This document shows, piece after piece, positions 10,493 through 18,855 of a DNA stretch of 64,000 nt. This DNA is from Minisyncoccota bacterium (GTDB taxonomy: Bacteria; Patescibacteriota; Minisyncoccia; Phycocordibacterales; Phycocordibacteraceae). Made by a program: the position numbers and the translations under genes. The first letter of the stretch is position 1; every line of letters starts with the position of its first letter. The DNA lies in contig JAGORR010000001.1 of the NCBI GenBank assembly GCA_018062765.1, positions 282,173 through 346,172 of the forward strand, written 5' to 3'. Below the pieces are notes generated by a model. The model made no database searches, was not told the origin of the DNA, and saw only the letters and a program-made list of their open reading frames with translations.

Positions 10493-11866
10493 ATGGCAAC
10501 GTATTACCGTACTCCTTGGAAGGATGCTTCCGGGAATGAGAATCCAAATTATCAGGCACCGCGTCGCGGTGGACCTTCTCCGTTTCGCTCTCGCAGCACC
10601 GGAGGCGCTTCCCGTGGTCCCTCAAGCGGCGGCTCGCCTCGCTTCGGCGCAGCGGGTTCTTCGCGCTACGGCGCACCACGCTCTGGCGGATATTCTTCCG
10701 GACGTCCATCTTACGGCGGACGTGGCGGAGGCCGCGGTGGCGGACGTGGAAATCAAGGGGCTTACATCGACCCGAATAAGTTTATAAACAAAGCGCAGCC
10801 TATCGCGGAGGAAGTGCCGTATATTCCCGTGCATCAGTTTGCGGATTTCGCTATCGGCGATTCCCTCAAGCGCAATCTCGCAGAAAAGGGGTATACGCAG
10901 CCAACGCCTATTCAGGACCAGGCTGTGCCTATTGCGCTTACTGGAAAAGATATCGTAGGACTTGCAAACACCGGAACCGGGAAGACCGGTGCATTCCTCA
11001 TTCCGCTTATCGATCGCGCGATGCGCGATGGGTCGCTTCGCGTGCTTATCATGGCGCCTACCCGCGAGCTTGCGGTGCAGATACGCGATGAGTTCAAGGG
11101 CTTTGCGAAGGGTCTTCCGCTTTCCGCATCTCTCGTCGTTGGAGGCGCAGGTATCTATCCGCAGGTAACCGAGCTGAAGCGCAACCCTGCGTTCGTCATC
11201 GGCACGCCGGGACGCTTGAAGGACATGATGGAGCGCCGCGCGCTTCACATAAACGAGTTCGCTGCCGTCGTCCTCGACGAGGCTGATCGCATGCTCGACA
11301 TGGGCTTCATCGACGATATGCGCATGATCCTGGGGAAGATGCCAAAGCCGCGCCATACGCTCTTCTTCTCGGCGACGATGTCTAAGGATATCGAGGCTCT
11401 CATCGGCGAGTTTCTCACGGACCCTGCACAGGTATCGGTCCGCACTCGCGAGACCGCATCCTCGATTGACCAGGACATCATCCGGGTTCCGTCAGGTGCC
11501 TCGAAGTTCGAGATGCTTGTCGACCTCTTGAAGGACGGCAAGGATTTCTCGAAGGTGCTCGTCTTCGGACGCACCAAGCACGGCGTTGAGCGCCTCGCCA
11601 AGGACCTCTCGCGTCGCGGCATAAAGTCCGAGGCCATTCACGGAAACAAAACACACAACAACCGTTTGAAGGCTCTCGACCTCTTCAAGCGCGACCATGT
11701 TCAGGTGCTTGTGGCGACTGATGTCGCTGCTCGCGGCCTTGATATCTCCGGGGTCTCGCACGTCATCAACTTCGACCAGCCGTCTACGTATGAGGACTAC
11801 GTGCACCGCATCGGACGCACTGGTCGCGCGGGGAAGGCAGGAAAGGCACTGACGTTCGTTAACTAA
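10493..11866 (+). CDS. DEAD-box ATP-dependent RNA helicase with N-terminal Gly/Arg-rich extension
   Basis: Q-motif PTPIQDQAVP, motif I ANTGTGKTGAF, DEAD (VLDEADRMLDMGF), SAT, HRIGRTGRAG. The first ~95 aa are RGG/GGR repeats. Confidence 0.85.
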   Translation: MATYYRTPWKDASGNENPNYQAPRRGGPSPFRSRSTGGASRGPSSGGSPRFGAAGSSRYGAPRSGGYSSGRPSYGGRGGGRGGGRGNQGAYIDPNKFINKAQPIAEEVPYIPVHQFADFAIGDSLKRNLAEKGYTQPTPIQDQAVPIALTGKDIVGLANTGTGKTGAFLIPLIDRAMRDGSLRVLIMAPTRELAVQIRDEFKGFAKGLPLSASLVVGGAGIYPQVTELKRNPAFVIGTPGRLKDMMERRALHINEFAAVVLDEADRMLDMGFIDDMRMILGKMPKPRHTLFFSATMSKDIEALIGEFLTDPAQVSVRTRETASSIDQDIIRVPSGASKFEMLVDLLKDGKDFSKVLVFGRTKHGVERLAKDLSRRGIKSEAIHGNKTHNNRLKALDLFKRDHVQVLVATDVAARGLDISGVSHVINFDQPSTYEDYVHRIGRTGRAGKAGKALTFVN

Positions 11867-12169
11867 AGCTCCGCTCGAATATATACGTTCGAGAGTCCGC
11901 GTCGTCTGGCCCAGCCGCCAGCCGCGCTCGCTCTCGGCCTCGCAAATCCGCTCGCAAATGCCCTACGGCTCGCGGATTGCCATGCTGCGTCGGCCTGCGA
12001 TGCCTCCCGAACGCATATATGCTCGCTCCGTAAGACACATAACCGCCCCAAGGGGGTGGTTTTATGGTATAGGTAGCTTGTTCCGGCGCTTTCCCTCGCG
12101 GGGGCAGGATGTTGGCCCAGAAGCGGTCTTCATTTAAAGAAAGTGTGACAGCTCACTGCCGCGCCGGAC

Positions 12170-12201
12170 ACCCCTCGCACCTTGTGCGAGGGGTTCTTTT
12201 T
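12170..12201 (+). terminator. Intrinsic terminator-like hairpin plus T6 tract, 48 bp upstream of the dsbA-like start
   Basis: cccctcgcaccttgtgcgaggggttctttttt. Confidence 0.5.
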
Positions 12202-12249
12202 TGCCCCTGTGCTATCCTTTCCCAGTATTTGCTAATCAGCCCGTAATCC

Positions 12250-12942
12250 ATGGATACCAACGCATCTCCCATCGAGCGCTATCTTACTCCCATCGCCGTT
12301 ATCGTTGGCGCAGGCCTTATTGCGCTCGCGGTCGCGTATGGGCAGGGAGGTTCGGTTGGGACGAAGACACCTATAGAAGGAGAAACCTATGCGGAAGTCT
12401 TGAGTGCTGCCGCAGAAGCCAACGACATCGATGCAGAAGTCGTTGCGGCGAAGGCGGAAGAAAAGCGCGCTGCGTACGAAGCTCTCATAGCCGCGTCGCG
12501 TGATCAGGGCGCATCACTCGGCATTAATGGCACTCCGACCGTAATCCTCGGCAACGAAACAGTCGCGGGTCTTGACCCTGCGCTTCTAGATAAGCTCGCG
12601 GCGGCCACCGCAAACCCTGTTACCCCGTCCGCTACCGACCTGATTGCGAAGGTGACAACCGCAGGCGAGCCGTACGTGGGCGACCCGAACGCACCAGTCA
12701 CCATGGCGTACTACTACGACTACCAGTGCGGTTTCTGCCATCAGTTCATGCGTGAGGTGATGCCGGTCATATTCGAGCAGTACGTGACAACTGGAAAGTT
12801 GAAGATAGTCATCAAGGATTTCCAGTTCCTCTCACCTGACTCAGTTGAAGGCGCAGTCTACGGTCGTGCGCTCTGGGAGGTGGATCCGACAAGGCATTTT
12901 GGGTGGTTTATGGCATTAGGCCAGCTCGACGCCTCCCACTAG
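12250..12942 (+). CDS. Membrane-anchored DsbA-like thioredoxin-fold protein with apparent circular permutation (C-terminal DsbA half precedes the CxxC half)
   Basis: N-terminal TM. Then ...ASLGINGTPTVILGNETVAGL (resembles DsbA C-terminal motif). Then ...NAPVTMAYYYDYQCGFCHQFMREV...GKLKIVIKDFQFL (resembles DsbA N-terminal CxxC region). The ORF ends ~70 aa after the CxxC. Confidence 0.6.
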   Translation: MDTNASPIERYLTPIAVIVGAGLIALAVAYGQGGSVGTKTPIEGETYAEVLSAAAEANDIDAEVVAAKAEEKRAAYEALIAASRDQGASLGINGTPTVILGNETVAGLDPALLDKLAAATANPVTPSATDLIAKVTTAGEPYVGDPNAPVTMAYYYDYQCGFCHQFMREVMPVIFEQYVTTGKLKIVIKDFQFLSPDSVEGAVYGRALWEVDPTRHFGWFMALGQLDASH

Positions 12943-13216
12943 TTCAACCGCCTAGAATCGCGAGCTACATTGTTGAGGAGCCTCCCGGCCCCTCTCACCG
13001 TATGCTCGATACGGCTCGAGAGGCCTCAGCTCCTCGCCTCGTATCTCATCAATTCTAGACAGTCTCGATATAGGAGACAGCGGCCGCCCCATGAGATAGC
13101 CGTCCTGCGGCGACATCTCATGGGGCGGTTTCGCTATCCCCGATAAGATCTGCGTTGGGAAGGGTATATGCTTATGGGTAAGAGGCCTCGGCCCCTTTAT
13201 AAGACTTACGCACTCT

Positions 13217-13639
13217 ATGAATATCCTTACCTGCAACTGTATGTCGCGCTTTCATGGCGTCGAGCTCTTCCTTATCCGCATCGTCGTAGGCGCAATCTTC
13301 GTCGCGCACGGCTACGAGAAGTATGTCGGTGGCGTCGCTGGTGTCGCTAACATGCTTACGAAGTACAACTTCCCGGCTCCGGATATGTTCGCGGTAATCC
13401 TCATCGCCGCGGAACTCATCGGCGGTACCTTGCTCATCCTCGGCGCACTTACGCACTGGGTATCGAAGGTTCTCACCATCGTCGCGGCAGTGGCGCTTGT
13501 TGTAGTGCATCTTCCGAACGGCTTCACTGGACAGGGCGGATATGAGTTCATCCTGCTCATTCTCGTCTGTTGTATCGCACTCATGATTGCAGGTCCCGGC
13601 AAGTGGTCGGTCGATGCGATGATGAAGAAAAACGGGTAG
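13217..13639 (+). CDS. DoxX family membrane protein
   Basis: RIVVGAIFVAHGYEKYVGG...LIAAELIGGTLLILG. Four TM helices typical of DoxX. The start may be the internal Met at 13241. Confidence 0.75.
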   Translation: MNILTCNCMSRFHGVELFLIRIVVGAIFVAHGYEKYVGGVAGVANMLTKYNFPAPDMFAVILIAAELIGGTLLILGALTHWVSKVLTIVAAVALVVVHLPNGFTGQGGYEFILLILVCCIALMIAGPGKWSVDAMMKKNG

Positions 13640-13642
13640 GAT

Positions 13643-14071
13643 TTGGGAATGGACGAGCACGCCTTCCGCAACATCGTCGCGACTGCGTGGCTTCGCATTC
13701 CGGACAGGTTCGTAGGGAGGGTCGACAATGTCGCCCTCCTTATCGAGGATGAGCCGGATGGAGAGGTGCGTAAGGAGGAGGGGTTAGGCGAAGGGGACAC
13801 CTTGCTTGGACTTTATCGTGGGGTGCCGATGACGGCGCGCGGCGCCGAGTACGGGGTCGGCGCGACCTTGCCGGACACGATTACCTTGTATCGATTACCA
13901 ATTATGGAAGAGGCGGGGCATCTCCAGCTAGTCGACCCGACACTCACCTTGGAAACTGCGGTAGAGAAGGCGGTCGAAGAGACTCTGTGGCACGAGCTTG
14001 CGCACTACTTCGGAATGGAAGAGGATCATGTAAACAAGCGCGAAGACGAGGGGACGAATAGGTACCAATAA
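13643..14071 (+). CDS. Zincin-like metallopeptidase-family protein (HExxH)
   Basis: EETLWHELAHYFG motif. Size and motif resemble the 'possible zinc metallopeptidase' (Zincin_1-like) family. Confidence 0.55.
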   Translation: MGMDEHAFRNIVATAWLRIPDRFVGRVDNVALLIEDEPDGEVRKEEGLGEGDTLLGLYRGVPMTARGAEYGVGATLPDTITLYRLPIMEEAGHLQLVDPTLTLETAVEKAVEETLWHELAHYFGMEEDHVNKREDEGTNRYQ

Positions 14072-14103
14072 TCGCAGGGCGTGATTCTTGATAGACTGTC
14101 TGT

Positions 14104-14574
14104 ATGGAAAAAGCGATATTCGCCGCGGGTTGCTTCTGGGGGGTCGAAGATGCGTTCCGGAAGGTGCCGGGTGTTACGGATGCGATATCCGGGTACACAG
14201 GAGGGCACAAGGACAATCCGTCATACGTGGAGGTCTGTCGCGACACGACGGGACATGCCGAGGCCGTCGAAGTTACGTTCGACCCGGCGCAAGTCACGTA
14301 CGAAGCGCTGGTACGGAAATTCTTTGGCCTGCATGACCCGACACAGATGAATCGGCAGGGACCTGATGTGGGGAGTCAGTATCGGTCTGCGATATTCACT
14401 TTGAGCGACGAACAGAAGCAAGTGGCCGAGCGTGTTAAGGGGGAGCTTGCGCCGAACTTCTACCCGAAGACGGTTGCGACTGAGATAACGAATGCGACTA
14501 CCTTTTGGAAGGCGGAGGACTACCACCAGCGCTACTTCGAGAAGAATCCTGGGCGTGCGGTCTGTCATATATGA
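14104..14574 (+). CDS. msrA: Peptide methionine sulfoxide reductase MsrA
   Basis: MEKAIFAAGCFWGVEDAF... (GCFWG active site), ...GHAEAVEVTFDP...HDPTQ... Confidence 0.9.
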   Translation: MEKAIFAAGCFWGVEDAFRKVPGVTDAISGYTGGHKDNPSYVEVCRDTTGHAEAVEVTFDPAQVTYEALVRKFFGLHDPTQMNRQGPDVGSQYRSAIFTLSDEQKQVAERVKGELAPNFYPKTVATEITNATTFWKAEDYHQRYFEKNPGRAVCHI

Positions 14575-14999
14575 AGCGCGGTACGGACTACACCGGCGTT
14601 ACGGTCGTTTACATCTGTCACGACGGGAAGGGGAACTACCTGTTCTCGAAGCGAAGCGCGAATTGCCGCGATGAGCATCATACGTGGGATCCCGGCGGCG
14701 GGGGCCTTGAGTTCGATGACACGGTCGAAGGTACGCTCCGTAAGGAGATTAAGGAGGAGTACTGCACCGACGTCATCTCCTTCGAGAATCTCGGCTGGCG
14801 CGACGTACACCGGACGCACGATGGGAAGCCGACGCATTGGATAGCGCTCGACTTCAAGGTGCTCGTCGATCCTGCCAAGGTTGCCAACGGCGAGCCGCAT
14901 AAGTTCGACGAGATAGGCTGGTTCCGCCTCGACGCCCTACCGTCTCCGCAGCATTCCCAGTTCCCGCACTTCTTAGAGAAATACCAGGAACGTCTATAG
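14571..14999 (+). CDS. NUDIX hydrolase
   Basis: ATGA overlap with msrA. Nudix box GGGLEFDDTVEGTLRKEIKEEYC. Confidence 0.75.
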   Translation: MKRGTDYTGVTVVYICHDGKGNYLFSKRSANCRDEHHTWDPGGGGLEFDDTVEGTLRKEIKEEYCTDVISFENLGWRDVHRTHDGKPTHWIALDFKVLVDPAKVANGEPHKFDEIGWFRLDALPSPQHSQFPHFLEKYQERL

Positions 15000-15002
15000 A
15001 AG

Positions 15003-15027
15003 CGCCCCGCCAAAAGTTGGCGGGGCG
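15003..15027. terminator. GC-rich hairpin between the convergent NUDIX gene and a small minus-strand ORF. No clear U-tract.
   Basis: cgccccgccaaaagttggcggggcg. Confidence 0.35.
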
Positions 15028-15033
15028 TAGCTC

Positions 15034-15234
15034 TTAGGCGCCGTCAGGCGACGCGATGTGCCGGTCTGCAGCGACCACGTGCGGGGTGTAGGGTCGCTTT
15101 GGAGCTTTGGGTAGTGGCTCCGCATCCCTGAGCTTAGTAATCCGTTCAGGGTCCTCGTCTCCCGGGTCGCGTCCGAAGCCGTACTTCGAGTCGATGACCT
15201 CAGGATTGTTCGTAAGCAAGCCCTTGCTCGACAT
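15034..15234 (-). CDS. Small hypothetical protein (66 aa)
   Basis: AAGGAGA SD 7 nt upstream of the ATG. No recognisable domain. Confidence 0.4.
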   Translation of the reverse strand: MSSKGLLTNNPEVIDSKYGFGRDPGDEDPERITKLRDAEPLPKAPKRPYTPHVVAADRHIASPDGA

Positions 15235-15302
15235 CGTTTTCTCCTTACAGCTCCAGCGACAGTGCTGGCCTTCTTTTTATATAAAGAGAAACGAGGGATG
15301 AG

Positions 15303-15701
15303 TCAAGCTTCCTTCTCAAATCCGAGGCACACTGAATTAATGCAGTAGCGCTTACCTCCAGCTTCTTTCGGTCCGTCATCAAAGACGTGGCCAAGGTGTC
15401 CGCCGCAATTCTTGCAAAAAACCTCGGTGCGCCGCATCCCGTGTGTGTCGTCGACGCGAGTACCGACATTCTCTGCGACTGCTGGGTCTGTAAAGGACGG
15501 CCAGCCGGTACCGGAATCGAACTTCGCGGATGATGAGAACAGAGCGGCGCCACAGGCGCGGCAGGTATACATGCCGGAGTCGTGATTATCGAGGAACTTG
15601 CCGGAAAAAGGCGCCTCGGTTGCCGCCTCGCGCAATACCCGGTACTCCTCGGGAGAAAGTTCCTTCTTCCACTCTTCCTCGCTCTTTCGTTTAGGTTCCA
15701 T
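15303..15701 (-). CDS. msrB: Peptide methionine sulfoxide reductase MsrB
   Basis: ...[24 protein letters not shown]...[17 protein letters not shown] (SelR domain with two CxxC zinc motifs). Start set at MEPKRK with GAGGG SD. Confidence 0.85.
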   Translation of the reverse strand: MEPKRKSEEEWKKELSPEEYRVLREAATEAPFSGKFLDNHDSGMYTCRACGAALFSSSAKFDSGTGWPSFTDPAVAENVGTRVDDTHGMRRTEVFCKNCGGHLGHVFDDGPKEAGGKRYCINSVCLGFEKEA

Positions 15702-15760
15702 ACCCTCATTGTACGCCCTTATTTGCCGCATACCTCCCCCGGGGGTACGATTACCCACAT

Positions 15761-16219
15761 ATGACAGCCCGCATCGTGCTCCTCGTCATACTCGCTCTGG
15801 CTTTCATTGGCATAGCTGACTCTTGGTACCTTGCCGAGAGCGCCTATACCGGGTCGGATCTCGCCTGCGGTATAGAAGGGTTAGATGGCTGTAATATTGT
15901 CGCAGCGAGTCCCTACGCCAAGCCATTTGGTGTTCCGCTTGGCGTCTTTGGTGTCGGGTTCTATGGGCTCACGTTTGGTGTTTCTCTCGCACTCCTTTTC
16001 TATTTCGATCGAAAACTCATCGACGCGCTTCGTGTTGTCACAGGACTCGGCGCTTCGGCTTCTGTCGTCTTCCTGTTTATTCAGGGCGTGCTTATAGGTG
16101 CGTTCTGCATCTATTGTGTTCTTTCGGCAGCAATTTCGTTCGCGCTATTCTTTCTCGCGATGTATTTTTTTCGCGACACACGGCCTCATGAACCGGCGGT
16201 CGTGCCGTGGGCTGCATAA
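15761..16219 (+). CDS. Vitamin K epoxide reductase (VKOR)-family membrane thiol oxidoreductase
   Basis: Loop Cys pair [11 protein letters not shown] and TM CxxC (CIYC). Four to five TM helices. Confidence 0.7.
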   Translation: MTARIVLLVILALAFIGIADSWYLAESAYTGSDLACGIEGLDGCNIVAASPYAKPFGVPLGVFGVGFYGLTFGVSLALLFYFDRKLIDALRVVTGLGASASVVFLFIQGVLIGAFCIYCVLSAAISFALFFLAMYFFRDTRPHEPAVVPWAA

Positions 16220-16223
16220 TCGC

Positions 16224-17387
16224 ATGCTATCCTCAACCATGATGATGCGGGCGCTTCTCTTCGTCGTCATCCTCCTTGCGCCGGCTACTGGACTGGCGGC
16301 TTCTGTCGAGGCGGGGCGCTCGCTCGTGCTATCGGAATCTCCTGAGGGGAACGTGTACCTCATGGGCGGCGACATCACGGTTGCTGCTCCTATACCGGCC
16401 GACCTCCACGCGGCCGCAGGTACCGTAGCTCTCACAACGCCCGTGGCGGGGGACGCGGCCCTTATGGGCGGTACGGTTGTTGTTGGAAGACCAGTCGCAG
16501 GCGATTTACGGATATTTGGAGGCAAGGTCGAAGTTAGGGAAGCGGTAACGGGTGATTTGTTTGCCATTGCAGGAACGGTGTATGTGACTGCGTCTGTGGG
16601 AGATGCGTGGGCGGCAGGCTCCGATGTAACCTTTTCAGCCGGGAGTCGCGGGTCTGCAACTGCCTACGGCGCGACGGTGACTTTGGGCGGCGAGTTCGCC
16701 GAGGATGTGGAGGTTACCGCGACCGATACCGTCGTTCTTCTTCCGGGAACCGTCATTCGCGGAAAACTGCGCTACAACGCGCCACAGGAAGCATCGATAC
16801 CCGCATCAGTCACCATAGATGGCGGCGTCGAATATACGGGCACGTCCTACCTACCGACTGCCGAGGAGGCTCAGATATTCGCACTAGCTGGAATTTTGCT
16901 CTTCTTCCTCGTGCGCATCCTCGCGGGACTGATTGCCGTAGGTATCCTTGCTGGGCTCTTCCCGCGCTTCTCGCAGGCGGTGGCGGACGAGGCGCTATCG
17001 AAGAACCTGATGCATTTCCTTCTGATGACCTTACTCGGGTTTGCGATTATGGTCGCGACGCCGGCTCTGGTTCTGATTCTCCTAGTGACATTTGCTGGCG
17101 CGGCGATTGCCTTCATCATGCTTTCCGCGTACGTGCTTCTCATGATGGTGGCGTACTGTTTTGCCGCGGTCATCGCAGGCGCTTTGCTTGCGCGAGCGAT
17201 AGCGAAACGCTCACGTGTGTTGTGGCGCGATGCCGTATTTGGCATGCTCGCGCTTTCGCTCGTAACCTTCGTACCTGTCGCGGGTTGGACGGTATTCCTC
17301 ATCCTATTTGCGGCTTCGATTGGTGTCATTGCCTCGCTTTTCTATCGCTTCTCGTTTTCCGAGGAGGAGGATGACTGGAGTATATGA
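16224..17387 (+). CDS. Hypothetical exported protein: signal peptide, bactofilin-like beta-helical repeat region, C-terminal polytopic membrane domain
   Basis: MMMRALLFVVILLAPATGLAA signal. Then repeated GxxxVxG/GGxVxV units (GGDITVAAPIPADL..., MGGTVVVGRPVAGDLRIFGGKVEV...). Then ~5 hydrophobic helices. Confidence 0.5.
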   Translation: MLSSTMMMRALLFVVILLAPATGLAASVEAGRSLVLSESPEGNVYLMGGDITVAAPIPADLHAAAGTVALTTPVAGDAALMGGTVVVGRPVAGDLRIFGGKVEVREAVTGDLFAIAGTVYVTASVGDAWAAGSDVTFSAGSRGSATAYGATVTLGGEFAEDVEVTATDTVVLLPGTVIRGKLRYNAPQEASIPASVTIDGGVEYTGTSYLPTAEEAQIFALAGILLFFLVRILAGLIAVGILAGLFPRFSQAVADEALSKNLMHFLLMTLLGFAIMVATPALVLILLVTFAGAAIAFIMLSAYVLLMMVAYCFAAVIAGALLARAIAKRSRVLWRDAVFGMLALSLVTFVPVAGWTVFLILFAASIGVIASLFYRFSFSEEEDDWSI

Positions 17388-17857
17388 AGGTCGCAGTAGG
17401 AAAGAAGGCGCCGGCCTTTAAACTTCCCGATGCGGGAGGTAAGACGCATACGCTTAAGGAGTACGCGGGAAAGTGGCTCCTCATCTACTTCTATCCGAAG
17501 GACGATACGCCCGGCTGCACCATCGAGGCGTGCACCATACGCGACCAGTTCAAGGATTTCAAGAAGATCGGCGCGACCGTTGTGGGCGTCTCGACCGATT
17601 CGGTCAAAAGCCATAAGAAATTCAAGGACGCATACGAGCTGCCGTTCACTCTGCTTGCTGACGAGGACAAGAAGATGGTGAGCGCCTACGGCGTATGGAC
17701 AGAGAAAAGCATGTATGGACGCAAGTACATGGGCACGGTACGTAGTTCATTCTTAGTAGACCCCAAAGGCATTGTCCGGAAGGTGTACGAAAAGGTGAAG
17801 CCGGCGAAACATGCGGCGGAAGTCATTGCGGACTTAAAGCTATTCAAGCAGAAATGA
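17384..17857 (+). CDS. bcp: Thiol peroxidase Bcp (peroxiredoxin Q)
   Basis: GKWLLIYFYPKDDTPGCTIEACTIRDQF (1-Cys/2-Cys PrxQ motif). Confidence 0.85.
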   Translation: MKVAVGKKAPAFKLPDAGGKTHTLKEYAGKWLLIYFYPKDDTPGCTIEACTIRDQFKDFKKIGATVVGVSTDSVKSHKKFKDAYELPFTLLADEDKKMVSAYGVWTEKSMYGRKYMGTVRSSFLVDPKGIVRKVYEKVKPAKHAAEVIADLKLFKQK

Positions 17858-18549
17858 GCGCAGAGAGGCAGAAGGAGTATTCTGGGGTGTTTGAGCAAGA
17901 GGCGCGCAAAGCGCGGGCCAGGAAAATAGTCGCGCATTTAAAGAAGGCTTACCCGATACCGAAGACAGAACTGGTTTTTAAGACCCCGATACAACTCTTG
18001 GTTTCCGTCATGCTCTCGGCGCAGTCGACTGATAAGCTCGTGAATCGAGTGACAGGAGGTCTTTACAAGAAATACAAGTCCGTAGACGATTTTGCAGACG
18101 CCGATGTAGCTGAGTTTGCGCGCGAGATATCTTCTGTGTCGTATTTTAATAACAAGGCGAGGGCGATAACTGCGGCGGCGCGCATGATTCGCGATGAGTT
18201 TGGTGGGAAGATACCGAAGAAAGAGGAGGAACTGGTGCGTCTGCCGGGAGTGGCATACAAAACTGCGCACGTGGTGCTCGGCGAGCTATACGGCATATGG
18301 GAGGGAATACCCACAGACACCCATGTCAGGCGCTTTGCGCTACGGTTTGACCTGACTGATAAAAAGGAGCTTACGAAGATATCGAAGGAGCTCGAGGGGC
18401 TCGTCCCCAAGGAGGATTGGAAATACGTAAATAACGGCCTCGTACTCTATGGTCGCTATGTCTGCAATGCGATCCCTCATGACTGCGCGGAACACCCCCT
18501 CACCAAGCTTTGGCCGGAGGCTGCTCGCCGCTGGCCCAAGGCGAAATGA
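17854..18549 (+). CDS. nth: Endonuclease III-like HhH-GPD DNA glycosylase
   Basis: ATGA overlap with bcp. ...LVSVMLSAQSTDKLVN...LPGVAYKTAHVVL (HhH-GPD). C-terminus has only two of the four Fe-S Cys, so possibly cluster-less. Confidence 0.75.
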   Translation: MSAERQKEYSGVFEQEARKARARKIVAHLKKAYPIPKTELVFKTPIQLLVSVMLSAQSTDKLVNRVTGGLYKKYKSVDDFADADVAEFAREISSVSYFNNKARAITAAARMIRDEFGGKIPKKEEELVRLPGVAYKTAHVVLGELYGIWEGIPTDTHVRRFALRFDLTDKKELTKISKELEGLVPKEDWKYVNNGLVLYGRYVCNAIPHDCAEHPLTKLWPEAARRWPKAK

Positions 18550-18550
18550 T

Positions 18551-18855
18551 TTGACAGCAAGAAGGCACGGGCGTAGTTTTGGGGCAGGAAGGAAGGGTCC
18601 CCGATCCTAGAAGCAAGTCTGGCACTCTCTGACAACTTGGGGATGGTCAACAATACAGGGCATGTGCGTCCTAGACGTGTTTCGCGAGCACGTACCCTGA
18701 GCGCCTACGTCTTGTTGAGACCACCAGGCTTCGAGCGAAAGCTCGGATACAGCTAACCCCCAGACTCCAACCCGGGTCGGGACCCGACCTTCTGTTCTTT
18801 CTTCCACAACACACACGTAACTTAGGCGCTCTTACCGAGCGCCTTCGTCTTTTTA
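18551..18855 (+). ncRNA. Candidate structured leader/ncRNA: TTGACA -35 box, ~250 nt GC-rich hairpin-dense RNA whose 5' and 3' ends pair, ending in an intrinsic terminator 25 nt before the next gene
   Basis: ttgaca at 18551-18556. 5' GGCAGGAAGGAAGGG can pair with 3' CCUUCUGUUCUUUCUUCC. GNRA hairpin cgagcGAAAgctcg. Terminator aggcgctcttaccgagcgcct plus TTCGTCTTTTTAT at 18823-18855. No credible ORF. Confidence 0.4.

Noticed and set aside
10622-11356. 244-aa minus-strand ORF
   Set aside because: Antisense to the DEAD-box helicase.
15251-15280. Hairpin ccagcgacagtgctgg + T-tract as a terminator
   Set aside because: It lies in the 5' UTR of the minus-strand small ORF and is terminator-like only on the + strand, where no gene ends nearby; function unclear, not called.
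18551-18855. Specific identity (SRP RNA, tmRNA, RNase P, 6S, T-box, ZTP) for the structured RNA
   Set aside because: Compared against remembered consensus elements (SRP domain IV GGAA/AGCAGC context, tmRNA GGGG...UUCGAC 5' end and tRNA-like 3' end, RNase P CR-I/CR-IV, T-box AGGGUGG). Only short partial resemblances were found, insufficient to name a family without a covariance-model search.
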